Positions 12,869 to 25,930 of a stretch of DNA of 64,000 nt are shown piece by piece. This stretch comes from Harriotta raleighana (taxonomy: Eukaryota), in assembly GCA_050575255.1 (NCBI GenBank), contig JBNZDD010013730.1, forward strand, positions 7,966,012-8,030,011, in the 5' to 3' direction. Under the pieces are notes generated by a model. It did no database searches. It was not told where the DNA came from and saw only the letters and a list, made by a program, of their open reading frames with translations. Position numbers and translations under genes: made by a program. Numbering within the stretch: the first letter of the stretch is position 1; the number at the start of each line of letters is the position of its first letter.

Positions 12869-13431
12869 TGTAAGCATGGAATAGCCAATATGCGAGCTGT
12901 GATTTCAACCTGGAGTTCCCAAATTTCTCAAGCTTTGCTATCAAACTTTTATAGCGTTAATATTTGAACTTTGTAATGCACTCCAAGGTGTGACTTAAAT
13001 AGTACACCCATGTAGGAGTTGCAGTGTTATCACTGATGCATAGCATTTAAGTCCTCTTCTATACATTCTTCTCAAGTTCAATCTATCATTCTCTGAATTG
13101 AGAAAAATGGCATTGAACAGAACAGAAACGTTTCAGATTTTACAGTTCATTTATCCAACCAAACCAAAAATGTAATCCTCCAAAGGCTGGATGTCATGCA
13201 ATGCACCACTTTAATACCTTTTACTTTTAAATCTTATGAGTTGAGAACATGAATATTTTTTCCTGAATGGTATCATCACATTAGAATAATAAACACTGCA
13301 TTATTGATGGATTCTATTTGTTTTTACTTTGAGTTAATCTGCATATATTTTTCTCAGTCCATAAAAAAAATTAAAATGCCCATATGATCTTTGGAAAGAT
13401 TTCTTTACATTTTAGGGGAGTATACTGTCTT

Positions 13432-13550
13432 ATAATAATAATAATCCTTGCATTTAATATAGTAACCTTGTTATCACTTGCAGACATATTTAAGCTTTTC
13501 ACACAATATTCTGTAAACTGAATTGGCTATATACTGCATCTTGTGGGACA
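13432..13550 (-). mobile_element. Degenerate SINE 3' fragment
   Basis: (aat)n-ccttgcattt tail on the plus strand followed by a decayed SINE body. Confidence 0.65.
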
Positions 13551-13708
13551 AAAAAGATCAGCTCTATAATATGTTGGGTGTGTAAAATAGTTTAAACATT
13601 TCAACTTTTGACTAAATTTTTTTTAAAATAATTTTTCATTTCTCACCTCATCCTCCTGCCAACTTACTCTAGTCATATCACCAATAGTGCTCCAAGACAT
13701 TATCCACT

Positions 13709-14078
13709 AATAACAATAAATCTTGCATTTGGAATATTGCCTCTCACATAAATCCATAGAATAGATTCATATAAGGTTACAGCACAGAAGGAGGCCATTC
13801 GGCCCATCGAGTCTGTGCCGGCTCTTTGACAGAGCAATGTCACTTTCTTTAACCCCAATCACCAGCTTTCTCCCCATAACCCTGCAAACCCATCTTCCCC
13901 AGATACCTATCCAGTTCTCTCTTAAAAGCTGCTATCGAATCGGACCTCACTACCCTTTCAGGCAGATCATTCCAAATTCGAAGAACTCATTCCAAATTCG
14001 AACAACATCAATCAGGAAGATATCCCAAAGAACTTCACATATTTTGTAAGGTGGAGTGACTGTGTTTTGTGGGTGAAG
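13709..14078 (-). mobile_element. SINE 3' fragment interrupted by a CR1 insertion
   Basis: Tail aataacaataaatcttgcattt..ctctcacat at 13709-13749 resumes as gatatcccaaagaacttcac..gactgtgttttgtgggtgaa after 14013. Confidence 0.7.
13755..14004 (-). mobile_element. CR1 LINE 3' end
   Basis: catagaatag..ggttacagcacagaaggaggccattcggcccatcgagtctgtgccggctc is the typical antisense CR1 3' terminus; candidate TSD acataaatc (13746-13754) / acatcaatc (14005-14013). Confidence 0.88.
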
Positions 14079-15663
14079 GGCACTATACAGTTTAAGGCGT
14101 GTGACGTTGATTTTGTCGTTAGTTGTGTGGGCTTAGATCCCTTTTCTGACCAACACTCGTATCCGATTGAGTGTTAATTGCTACAGGAATTCCTTCCCTG
14201 GTCATGCAGTGCGCCTGCTTCAACAACTCAAAACCTTCAGCACATCTTTTGAAAACTGGGGTTCCAATGTACAGTTATGTTGACATGTTTCCTTCACGAC
14301 TTCAACCATGAATGTTGAACCTTGTTATCATACAACATATGTTTTCTCCTCTCATTTCGCTCTCACATTCTGACACCTATGGCACTCTGCGTATTTGCCA
14401 TTAAAAGGTGTACTGGAGCAGACTGAGATGACAGCTGCCAGTTCTGCCTGGGGCTGATACATGATGCATTTGTCATGATCAGACTTCAGTGGTAACCTCT
14501 GTGGATCTTGAACTCAGGACACAGCAACCATGCCAAGTGCTCCAGCATGACTCCATGCTCCCATTCAAATAGCTTTTGTTACAAAGAACCGGCTCTGAAA
14601 TGATGAGAGTTAGAAACTAAATGAAGTAACTTTGAAACAGTGTGACACATAAGATGTAAAGCTTTTGTTTTCGATTAGAAAAGTTTTTACACTATCAGGA
14701 ATTGTGTAGCGTTGACTGTCACAGGTGGCAAATAGTTCAAGAAAACAATTATATCAACAGACTTCACAAATTAAATATTTACAGCATCTGTTGACAAGAT
14801 GTCAAGAGAGAGTTAAAACAGACTGAAATAAATAGGTCACAACAATAAATAATTCAAAGATTTTTTTTCTACCAAAGTCAGCTAAAAAGTATATTATAAC
14901 ACTGAAAATTGTAAAATAAGAGATGACAGCACAGGAGAAAACAATTTGACCCACCAAATTGATACTAGTTCATCCACTAAGGCTATATACTCTAATTTCT
15001 CCCTTTTCCAATATTGTCTTTTATGTTGCATTAGCAAAGCAGAGAGACATTTTCAATTTGAATAAATGGTTGAATATTTTATTTTAAGAAAATACATCAA
15101 ACTATTTCCTCATTAGAATGACATAACTGGCAATTCATTAACATTGGGTACTGTATGACCTGCATCATTTAATATCAGTTACTGTACATTTACATTTCAG
15201 ACTAGTTCTGAATTCCCATCTGAGCAATGGGGCATGGTGTATTAAAGTATATTAAATTACCCAGAACCTCAGCCAGATGTAGCAATCATTTAAAATATCT
15301 GGTACAATTAATGTAGAGCCCCTGAATGAACAGAATCTTGTGTCTGTCTGTCAGGAATGTGATATGTACCACTTCTAAGTAAATTGTCATATGGGTTTAT
15401 AGATTATGGGGAGTTTGCATTGAAAGGACAGAGGCCACGTTACAGAGCGCTTAAGGAAGAACCAAAAGGAAAAAGTAAGAAACCTTGGAACTCTAACAGA
15501 AAGTTACAAGCTAAATGCGAATTAGATTATACTGATTAGAGTAAGTTATTTGAGAATTTAGCCACTACTGTATCTTGCTAACCCATATTGAATATACAGT
15601 TGACAAATCTCTGGCCCTGTTCGGCTGAAAATCCTTAAGTCTGCAATTTTATCAGGGAAATAC

Positions 15664-15698
15664 TTAAAATATTTTAATTAAAATATTTTAATTAAAAT
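15664..15698. repeat. Tandem array of a 14-bp AT palindrome
   Basis: ttaaaatattttaa x2.5. Confidence 0.85.
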
Positions 15699-15774
15699 AA
15701 TGGATATTCCTGCAACATGATTTGCATAGTTTCTACCAGTGTTAGCTTTTACACAACACTAACTTCACTTAAGT

Positions 15775-16068
15775 GGAGTCCTGTAGCTCAGTGGTTAGAG
15801 CACTCGTCTCACAAGCGAGAAACCTGGGTTGGATTTCCGGCAGGGCGAAACCTTCGGCAAGTTTCCTTACTTCACGAGTGTAATAATAATCACTCAAGAA
15901 AGAAAACCAATAATTATTTGGTCATTTCAATCCACGATGGTTTGTGGGACACTGCTATGCACAATTGGCTGCCACATTTGGCCTAGTCTATTCTGTAATG
16001 CGCTTTGAGATGCCTAGAAGATGTGAAAAGAGCTACAGTATATCAAATGCGAGGATTATCATTATTAT
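15775..16068 (+). mobile_element. Near full-length tRNA-derived SINE (partial Deu-like domain, L2-type tail)
   Basis: Head ggagtcctgtagctcagtggttagagc (A box) with decayed B box; gggcgaaacc..aagtttccttac linker; tgtgggacactgctatgcacaattggctgcc; tail gcgctttgaga..gtgaaaagagct..atcaaatgcgagg(att)n. Confidence 0.92.
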
Positions 16069-18879
16069 GATTGGAGTATTTTATCCGACTTTTTATTTTG
16101 GGCATTATTTTACATTGAATTTGCTCTTGATCGATGAGATAGACTGAAAACAATCCTTGTCAATATCTATGCTGTTGTTTTTTTCTTCACTTTTCTAATG
16201 TGGTCCTTAACAACTGTGGGAGAGAAATCAAAAATTTGTGTGACATAATTAAGTTGCACAAATATCTTTAATGGTTCAAGCATTCGTCAATTTGCACTGT
16301 AACCTTCCTGTTCAAGGACAAACTCAGTAGTACAAATGCATTCTGGTACAAGTCCCACACAATGCACAGAGGCTATGTACAGTGTCAGCTGTTGTCACCA
16401 AAGAATTCATTTGTGCTTCACAGGCAAAAGCGAGCACAGTGTCTTTATAAATAAAGAATGATAAAACATCAAATATTTAGATTCTATGGCTATATTCAGA
16501 TTGTAAATTCTGCTGCCATGTCAGGTAAAATGTTCAGAGATTTTGGTGATATCCATTGTTCCCTAATGCTTCACTGAATTGGTCCCTGATGTATTGTCTT
16601 TACTAGTCCACTCACTGAATAGGCTTTTAATGTGTCCCACCTACACTTGAGGATTTTATGAATCCAAGATCATTTTCTCAGGTATAGGACCTGTAACTCA
16701 AGTAGTAAAGAGCAGAACTAATAATTTTGAAGGAAAGCTGTATAATATGATTATTACTCCGGACTCCAGACATTATTTATTCCAAATGCAGTTTTAAATA
16801 ATAATACATGAAAAAAAAGGTATGTCTGGCAAGGAAAGTAAGCTCAGGAGACAGGGCTAAGTTGAATGAAATTCAAGTGAATGGAGTCAGAGGCTGAACT
16901 GAAGAGGTATTTGGGAAATTTAGGGGTTCTGATTGATCTGCCAGATATGAAAACATAATTTTTAGTTGTCTTGTCACCTATAATGTTATCGCAGTTGCAA
17001 AGGCACTTGTGTATGCATATCATTCTCATGTCTTCTCATTCAAAAAGCCATGCAACCCAAGTACCTTTGCTTCAAATATAAGCCTTAAAGCAATGACCAA
17101 GTAAGTTCATTGCCGTTTTCAATTTCCAACCAATGTCTTCTTAATAGCCTTGTTCAAGATATCACTGAAGTGTCATTGCACTTGTCACCTAAATTATCTT
17201 TTTCAATCACTTTTGAGTGAGGACAAATATCTTAAATAATAATTCCCCCTATATAGCTAGGCATGGCTCCTTATAATATTAAACAACTACAGCAATTAAA
17301 CAATTACAGCCCTTGTTGCGGTGTAGCGTCTCGGAGTGCTTGTATTGCCACACGTGTATTGCATTTAAGTCTAGTTATTTGTGGTACCAGCTTGTATTTA
17401 ATGCTCAAATTATTTTATCATATTGGGATAACCTACCAAGCAATATTTCTGGTAAATGGTTAATGGTTAACAACTTATTTGTATTTTAATTTTCAATTCT
17501 TCCACCTCAGGTGAATTTGGCAACATGAATGAAATTTTAAAATGCCCAATAAAAAAAAATCCTGCTCGAATTTTGAAATGAAAATTCTAAGTAAATTCTC
17601 GATTGCTGTAATTCAAATGCAAATTGTTTTTTGGCGTTACTTACACGTAATTCCCATAGGTTCTAACCTCCATAATTTATCATGATTTAGAATTCCTGCT
17701 TTGTGCAAGTACTGAAGAAAGAATGATGAAAGATTGTGAGGTAAATATTGAACATTAAAGCTATTAAAATGAGTACAATCTCTTTGCTATGCATTTTCTT
17801 AGCCAGTTATAGCTCATCAGACTCATATCGTTCAAACCATCTAATGAAAATTTATGAAGGACATAGACTGCACTGCAATTCAAGAAATCAGTAAAGAGAG
17901 CTTAAAACTATCGAGAAGAGTGCAAGAGAGATTTGAAGCAAGGCTTTGTTTTTGAATTTCTGTTTTTCACAGCCAATTTAGAATTTTGGCTGAACACTTT
18001 TAAACTTTGTTTGATCAACTCCTTCCATTTGTATCCAATGTTTGTGTCTTGCAGTTGATTAAAAAAAACACTTAGCTAATTGTTTCATGCTATGATCAAA
18101 GTACAACTGATTTAAAAAGAAGATTTCAGCATTACCCGACTCTCGCCTCTAAACTAAATAAATAAGTTACTTCCTCATTAGAAGATTGGCAACAATCAGA
18201 AAATGTGTTTTTCCTCAAGCTATGATGAACAAAATAAATGTAAAAACTGTTGGATAACAGCACAACTTTGACAAACATCTGACACTTCAGTCAGATGTTT
18301 CACTTTCGGCAAATATAATGGATTGGAGTGATGTGTGGTTGAATGTAGCCCACAACTGAGAGCTGGATTACCTGTATCGTAAGGGTATTAGCCATGTTCA
18401 CTGTATGAAAAAATCTCTTTGCACTCTTAAATTCAGTTGGGGAGACAGTTCAAATTCATCGTTTGTTCTTTGACTGATTTGCTCAGAGTCTCTGGTGAAG
18501 GACCATTTTAAATTGAGCTGGTTCACTCAGCAGAGAGTGATCTGACCAGACATTGGGAAAAGTGAACTTCATCCCTGAGAATGTTTATCATGACACTTAC
18601 AGTGTGCAGGATGTAGTTCGGTGAACACCAGCCTGAAACTTCCATTCTCTTTCAACCCCAAATTCCTCAGAGAAAGTACTTTCTTTATTCATCAATTGAT
18701 AACAGTTTTCATCAGTTTCATTTGTTTGTATCCACATGCTCCTTTCCCAATGGGAAATCTTATTTTGTGTAAAAAAAAGGATTCCAGACCAATATCAGTT
18801 GGTGACATTCATTCAATTAAGAGTAAGAAAAAAAGATTACGCATTGTGTTTTAATAAACGCAAGTCAATTAACTTCATA

Positions 18880-18995
18880 TTGACTGCAATGCTTTTGCCC
18901 ACAAAATACTCATTCAATTGACTTTGCAGTATATTCTGTGAGACATCACAAAGGTATGATTGAGTTGCTATATCAAATGCAATGATTATTATTGA
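18880..18995 (+). mobile_element. SINE 3' fragment
   Basis: gcccacaaaatac..tcaattgactttgcagtatattctgtga..gctatatcaaatgcaatgattatt. Confidence 0.75.
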
Positions 18996-19533
18996 TATTA
19001 AAACATGGAAATCCAAATTTTCACATTGTTTTTTCTACCACATGACATCCACAAAAATTAGCCAACTGTGAACTAAAATTAAGGGAGAATAAAAAATCCA
19101 TAGAGCATTTCTACTTTCATATTAGATTTGAGATAAAACCCAACAATCAAAAACTTTTGGTCATTATTATACTGGAAATGCTATCATAGTCAAGGGATTA
19201 ATACTATGGTTATGCAGAAAGAAGAGCAGATTGAAATACAATCTCATTTGACTGAATTCGGGTATTCTGATGAAATGTATATGTGTGCTAAAATTTAATA
19301 CCTGATTCTATGCGTCATTGCTCTGTGATCTCTCCTGTTTCTAAAATCATTTTTATATTAAAGTGAAATCCTTTTATGTGCAATAGGTCACAATGGAAAA
19401 ACATTAAATCTAACCTGACTCACACAAATACATTTTCTTATCACCAATCAGCTTGCTACATCATACTGCATTAGCTTCGATGATAATGCGATGGAACATA
19501 TTGTAAATTGAAAGACGGATTGTGAAAGGAAAA

Positions 19534-20144
19534 AGGTCTAATATGAGGTGATTTCTCATGGGAAGAATTGATATGGATCACATACAAATCCTTTTATGTA
19601 CGAGCATCTCCCTGGCTCTTTAACATCCTCCTACCCCACTCCTCTACCCATTCCTTCACTTAGGTAAACAGCCGCATGTCCTCCGAATCCTCCATCTCAC
19701 CATCAGTAACCGAGCCTTCAGCCACTGCTCTGGTAACTCTGTAACTCCCTGCCTCAATCCCTCCACCTCGCTCCCTCTTTAAATTCCACCTGAAAACCTA
19801 CCTAATCAAATCCATCTTAGGCTACCTCTCCCTCCCCCTTGATTAGCATCCAACCCAACATAGTACAGCACTCCAAAGACATGATCCTACAGAAATTGGT
19901 TACATAAATATGAGGTGGTTTCTAATAGGGAGACTTGATATGGATCGCGTATAAATCTTTTCATACACAAGTGTCATTATTGCTATTGAGGTGAATCACT
20001 CAAACTTGCAGGAAAAAATCGAGTTTCAGAGCAGAATTCCCCTGGGTTAGCACGGCATGTATAACATGCATGCTCTTATCCCAGAGAATCCTCAGTTGGA
20101 TTCCTATCGAGGAATCCTGTTAGAAATCAGTCCATATTAGACCC
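19534..20144. mobile_element. Old MITE-like element with about 47-bp imperfect TIRs, interrupted by L2
   Basis: Left end ggtctaatatgaggtgatttct; right end agaaatcagtccatattagaccc (reverse complement gggtctaatatggactgatttct); about 70% inverted identity by eye. Confidence 0.55.
19609..19910 (+). mobile_element. L2 LINE 3' fragment
   Basis: cgagccttcagccac..gtaactccctgcctcaatccctccacctcgc..tttaaattccacctgaaaacctacct matches L2 ORF2 end (cf. 42720-42840, 50630-50740); decayed tail. Confidence 0.75.
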
Positions 20145-20604
20145 TAAACAACATATAGAAAATAAAAGCTAGCCACAGGTTTTCTTATTCATGAAATGAC
20201 ATGAGAGGTTCAGATGTAAAAGACCCTTCTGCGCATTTGATTTCACCATTCCTCAATATACCCACCCACAGGCCTCTCATCACAGCCACAAGCTGTTTCC
20301 TGAATGAGTCTGGGGTCTAAGCAACAAGCAACCTCGTGGTAACTTGTCCGAGTCATTAGTTTCACTCAACGTAAATAAATACTTCCCAGTGTCTGCCCCC
20401 AAATTGCCTTTTGCGATCTTTTTTTTCTGCTGCTCTGGCAAATCTGAGAGACTTTGCTACTACTGTAATTGGTGCAATTCTGTATGTCTCATTTTCCCAT
20501 GCAGTTTAATATCATGTGCCAGATGGAGGAAATGGTTTACAAGAGAGATGTGAGAGCCTGATTATAATGAGATCCAGAAGCCGGAACAATGAGAGCAGCT
20601 CATT

Positions 20605-20703
20605 GTTTTCTCACAAAATATATAGTCACCTTACAGTAAGTATATCCTGTGAAGTACTTTGAGACATGCCAATGTTATCAAATGTAAAGATTATTATTAC
20701 ATT
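20605..20703 (+). mobile_element. SINE 3' fragment
   Basis: cacaaaatatatagtcaccttacag..tgtgaagtactttgagacat..atcaaatgtaaagattattatt. Confidence 0.7.
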
Positions 20704-21062
20704 GTTTCACTGATATCCGCACATTGAATCACTGAGTAAAGAATATTGTTTCATCGGGGATCCTATTTTCTCTAATGGTATTACAAGCCAAAACATTAGT
20801 AAAGAGTAGCGAGCAATTCATTATAATGGGGTCATCCAAATTAGCAAACTATTTGAAGCAAAGTTATGATAAGATCCGTAAAACACACAAACAATTGTTA
20901 AGCTTCAAGGATTTTGCGATGGGCTTAGTTGCTAAATGATAAAGTAATGAGGAACATTATAATCTTAAATTATAATCTTAACTGCAGACTGTTTTAGCCT
21001 ACTTATCAATTATATATTCTGAGCTTGCTCTCACCTTCCTATACGTTCCAAGATGCTGGACG

Positions 21063-21132
21063 TTCCAGCTCCTTGGGATGTGCTCTTGACATGAAAGGCA
21101 CTTTTCAAGTATAATTTGGTTGTTGTTGTTGT
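21063..21132 (+). mobile_element. L2 3' tail fragment
   Basis: agctccttgggatg..atgaaaggcacttttcaagtataattt followed by (gtt)n. Confidence 0.7.
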
Positions 21133-21414
21133 AAAGCTATGTGCTTGACTTGCAATCTCCCAATTAGGAATGAAGTCTTAAATTCACAGTTCATCATCAT
21201 CCCAATCTACCCACCAGTTTAGTCTGGGAGCTGTTTGATTATTTAATTTAGCAACTTGGATGCATTTCATACACAGGGATACACATATTCATAAACATGT
21301 TTTACCCCATTCTTTGAGCAACTTTGAGCAACAAATAGAAAGCTATATTACTCATTCACATTGCTCTTAGAAATATTGTTTGCATTGTACTGGCTGGATC
21401 TCACTGATCAACTT

Positions 21415-21487
21415 ATTCTACCTTTCGATAACAATAGGCACATTGTCATTTCTTCNATTCTACCTTTCGATAACAATAGGCACATTG
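21415..21487. other. Probable assembly overlap artefact around N at 21456
   Basis: 31-bp attctacctttcgataacaataggcacattg repeated across the N. Confidence 0.85.
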
Positions 21488-22119
21488 CTTATCTTTTGCC
21501 AATTTGAAAATCAAAGCTGTCCTTATACAAATCTATATGTGCCTGTGTACATATGTATATATATTTATATATGTGTCTGTATGATAGATTCCCAACCAGT
21601 AAATGTGCTGTGGTATTCTAGATTGTGGAAGATCTTCAGATGTATTTATGTTCTGCTTAGGCGTATTAACTTACAGAGATTCTATTCCTAATGTAAAGTT
21701 GTAACTAGTCATGGGGGCGTGGTGAGGTGAGTCTATTTAGATGCACGACATGCACTGCTCTTACTCAGTGACTAAACAGCAATCAGTTGAATAAATCTCT
21801 TTAACTCTCACTAAATCTGCTTAATTATCATTTCCTGGAAAAGTAAACACATATGCATTATCATCAGATTTATTTGCAAAAATACTTCTTGAGAAGATTT
21901 CTGTCATACAACAATGTTGACCCAGATACTTTACAAGTAATAGAAAGATGATGATGAGCGAGCAAGCAACATGCTAAAATATAATGCAATGTACATTACT
22001 ATGCAATGTATTGACTCTTCAGGCTTTACTGTAAGAAACAGAGCTATCCAAAATTAAGATTTCAGTGGTTGATGTAGTTGAAAGTCCTGAGGAGCAAAGG
22101 TGGACAGTTTGTTTTGTTG

Positions 22120-22690
22120 AGATGAGAGCCACATTTCTGCAGTTGAACATTAATAAGACTAAAGCCTTCCCATCAGTGCTTCCACATCTCAGGCACTGGC
22201 AGCATCACCATCTATGGATAAACACCACCACACTGTCCAGAACCTTGGTGTCTTGGTTGATCCTCAACTGTCCTTTCTACCCCACATCCATGCCTACTCT
22301 GCCTTCCCCCACCTCTGCCGCATCGCCCGGTTCTGCCACTGCCTTTCCCCTCAAGCTGCCAAAGCATTCATCAATACATTTATTTACATCTGGGTTCAAC
22401 TACACTCCTTGTCAGCCTTCCCAACTCCGCAAACTGCAGATCATTCAGAACTCTGCAGCTCGAACACTCTCCCACACAAGGCTTTGAGACCCTATCACCT
22501 CCACCCTCGCCTAACTCCACTGGCTCCCCATCCCCCAGAGGATAGAGTTCAAAATCTTCATCCTTGCCTTCAAAGTCTTCCATGCCCGTGCTCTTCCTAA
22601 CTTTGTGACCTGCTAACCCCATCTCAATCTATCTGATCCTTCCACTCAGCAGGCTTCTGCCTGCTCCACAAACCCCCACCCCAGCCTTTA
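22120..22690 (+). mobile_element. L2 LINE ORF2 C-terminal fragment (frameshifted)
   Basis: FLQLNINKTK, VQNLGVLVDPQLSFLPHI, KLQIIQNSAARTL in alternating frames, plus the ctccactggctcccc (LHWLP) motif. Confidence 0.92.
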
Positions 22691-23214
22691 GAATCATGGG
22701 CCCAGTTACTCAGCATTGCAATCCAGTCACTAATCATTCAGTGTAGATTTGTTTTCTTTTCCATTGCCCTCAGTCTCCTGGCAATCAATGCCAGCCATCA
22801 CACTCAATCCCAGGAAAAACAGGATTAAACTTCTTCCGCATATTTCATCAGTTCCACAGGATATGGTATTAAAATAATGGATATGTGGTAGTAATTTCAT
22901 TATAATAATCTCATTTCAGGTCCAGATGATAGTTATAAATTGCTCAAGTTTTAATCGTAGTGTATGACACTATCTGAACTCCTCGCAAGTATCGCTGCCT
23001 CGAAATCACTCATCAGCCTTTATTATTCTCTGCTATGCACTTGTTGTCAATGTAACTCAGCATGAATCCAACTGCACTGTTTCAACATGCCTCAACCACC
23101 CAGAATAAGCAACAGTAAAATGTTCTACTTAATGCACCAAGACAACATTATGATCAGTGAATAATACCACTGTTGTTTCAGTCAGTTATGATATTGGTCC
23201 TATTCAACAAAATG

Positions 23215-23280
23215 TATCAGCCTGGTTTAATGGTAACACTCTTGATTCTGAGTCAGAAGGTTGTGAGTTCAAGATCCACA
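23215..23280 (+). mobile_element. SacSINE1/DeuSINE-like tRNA head fragment
   Basis: tggtaacactcttgattctgagtcagaaggttgtgagttcaag resembles the shark DeuSINE head (recalled consensus). Confidence 0.55.
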
Positions 23281-25821
23281 TTAGGCTCAAATAGGGATTT
23301 GCCTCCTACAAAAAGCCTGGATAAGATCTTTTACTATTTTAATATCTGCAGAATAAAAACACACAAAACTGGTACAGAATATTACATTATGTTCCAAACC
23401 CTTCAGAGTGTGGACATTCTACGTCAATAATCTATATTCAGCACTTTTATATTTAAGTTTGATTTTATGGTAGATTGTTCATGCTGACCTATTGTATGAA
23501 ACAGTTCCTCTGCAATTCTAAAACAGTCTGAAAAGATAAGCTTCAGTGCAAACACTCAGTACTATTTCTTTTCACTCACAGAACGTCAGTGACTCAGAAA
23601 GTTTGAATACTCCAACACAGGCGAATACTCACCCACTCCAACATGACTGCGAGGGCTCATTAACATTTTATATAACCGCTCATAACTCAGGGAATAAGCA
23701 TTCGAATTCTGACCAAGTCAAACCCTCGTTTTTGAAAGAAGCTGTTAGTTGCTTGCTCAAAGAGCAGTCCAGCATCTTTTGTGTACTTTTCTGCACTCCC
23801 TGACTGGAGGATCCATCCACTTCAATTTGTATCATGATTTATTTGATGTTAGCTTGTCGATCTTGCAAGAATCTTCCTTTTGAGTACCCTTTGACAGATG
23901 TTTGTTCTTTTTGCTCTTCAGACCACAGTCAAGAGAGTTTGTTGTCAGTAAACCTTTCTGACATGAAAAGCACTATGTCAAATGTAAGGATTCTGCTTAT
24001 TATTATTCATATTATCATAATTTAGCTGCCTCAGTCTCTTTCGCTGACTTCCATTCCCTCTATTTGCTGACAGGTTCAGTCTCCGAGTTTAATTTGAAGC
24101 AAAGGCCATTCTTAAACTAATCAAGAGCTTCTCAGAAGAATGTGCCAGGAATCCTCGTCATCTTGTCAAGAAGTGGAGCCAGCAATGCATCATGTTTGAC
24201 TTCAAGCAAAATAAAATTCTTCCCATTTTTCCAACCATACCTTTCCTTCAGTACTGTATTACTTACTATTCTTATTGACAGTGACAAACCAAATTAAGAC
24301 CTTGATCATTTGAGGTATATGAGCATTTAAGTCAAATAAGTAAAAATTCCCTGATTTGTCTGCATTTTCTGAACATAATTTGTAGTACAACACATGATGG
24401 GGTTTAATCATTTCTAACTTTTAAAGCTCACTTGCATTTTTTCTGCCTTTCATTCCCTTTTTGTCCACTTCGGTCCACAAGTTTTCAAAAAAGCAAGTTC
24501 TACCTGTCTGTTTTGCAGCCCATGTGAAACAGTGTGATGGAAGATTTGTGAGGTCATTTTAATATTGTTTCCACATTCAAAAACTGCTCCACCAGCAACA
24601 CCCTGGAAGGATGAGTTCATTTACGTCACACAAATAATTAACAACCTTGACATGTTGCTTGCTCAAGTTCCTTTTATCAAATAAACATGATTTGAGTTCA
24701 GAAAGTCTCAATTTCTCATTCACCACACACAGTTTTAGAATCCTGTATCATTGTCCTTTTGAAGTTAGGTCTCCGAAACTTGCCATTACGTTATTGAATG
24801 TTAAAATAAAAGTTTCATCTTATAATCAAATGCCCTTGAGATATTTTGTTGAGATCGTGTTTCCATTGACTGCCTACGTTCCCTATGCGGTTTGCAATCG
24901 CATCAACATAATATTCCATTTTATCTTTGCTGCTAGATATCTAAATATTGTGTGCACCAGTTTCCATTTCCTGTTTCAGTGTGCATTACCTTACTAGAAT
25001 TAATCCACATTAGAATCTATCAGTTCTCTCTTAGCCAGGCAGTTGGGAGTACCTCACAGTCACAGAGCTCTGCATGTCAGAGTGAGAAAAATGTCACATA
25101 GACTGATCATTTACTCCAAAGTGCATTTGGTATTGATCACACTGAGCACCATTGACAGAAATCATTGAGAGGTCCGCAGCACAGACTTTCAACCTCCTGG
25201 ATGGGTAAGGAAAGACACGAGGATGGGAGTAAAATTTGATAAAAGCTTCACCATTTGTACATTTCAGATACTTTGCGATTTTGTGGCGAAGGCTTGCTTT
25301 TGTTCCTTCAGCTAAATAAAGCAATTTGCAATGCTCATTTTACACCTGTATGTTTTATTTCAAAGGTCATATCCAAAAATATATGGAAGTATTTTCCGTG
25401 GATACAATATTACTGTATATTTTAGTTTGCCAATTTCTCAAGGGACTGTGTCACCATATAGTAGTGCTGTGATTATCCCTCAGTCCAATTGCCAGTACAA
25501 ATCTAACTGTTAAGAGAATGCCTTAGACCAGATGATAGCGGCCAATGTCTTTGGTTAATATGAATGCTTCTTGCGTATTGTGCAGTGAATTTTTGATAGA
25601 CTCCTGCAGCTACCAGAGGTGCTTCTCTATTCCACGTACCTCATGAGATAGAATGTTTGAATTTGTTTTCCCCAAAACCTTCTTTCAAACGTATATCATA
25701 TTGCAAACAAACCCGCAAAATTAGTAATGCACAAATCTCTGAAAGCAACCATTATGCAAATGTCGTTTTTTGTCCAAAGAGAACATTATTCTATCAATTG
25801 GCTGGTGCCATGTGGTAAGAA

Positions 25822-25930
25822 AATAATATTAATAATCCTTGCATTTGACTTAGTACCTTATCACGTCTTCTAGACGTCTCAAAGCGCTTCACGGAATATA
25901 CTGTAAAGTGAATTGACTATGTGTCTTAAG
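25822..25930 (-). mobile_element. SINE 3' fragment
   Basis: aataatccttgcatttga..cttatcacgtcttctagacgtctcaaagcgcttcacggaatatactgtaaagtgaattgactat. Confidence 0.88.

Noticed and set aside
12483-12944. Clusters of longer ORFs (also 22065-22622, 42154-42936, 50313-50951) as genes
   Set aside because: They are frameshifted L2 ORF2 fragments or their alternative and antisense frames
15775-15850. tRNA-like sequences (also at 32222, 39432, 44592, 48593, 61913, 23215) as tRNA genes
   Set aside because: Stems are broken, anticodons are inconsistent, and all except the isolated head fragment at 23215 run directly into a shared SINE body and tail
20955-20981. Small 8-14 bp tandem duplications (also about 8023, 25939, 40758, 41850)
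   Set aside because: Ordinary replication-slippage products
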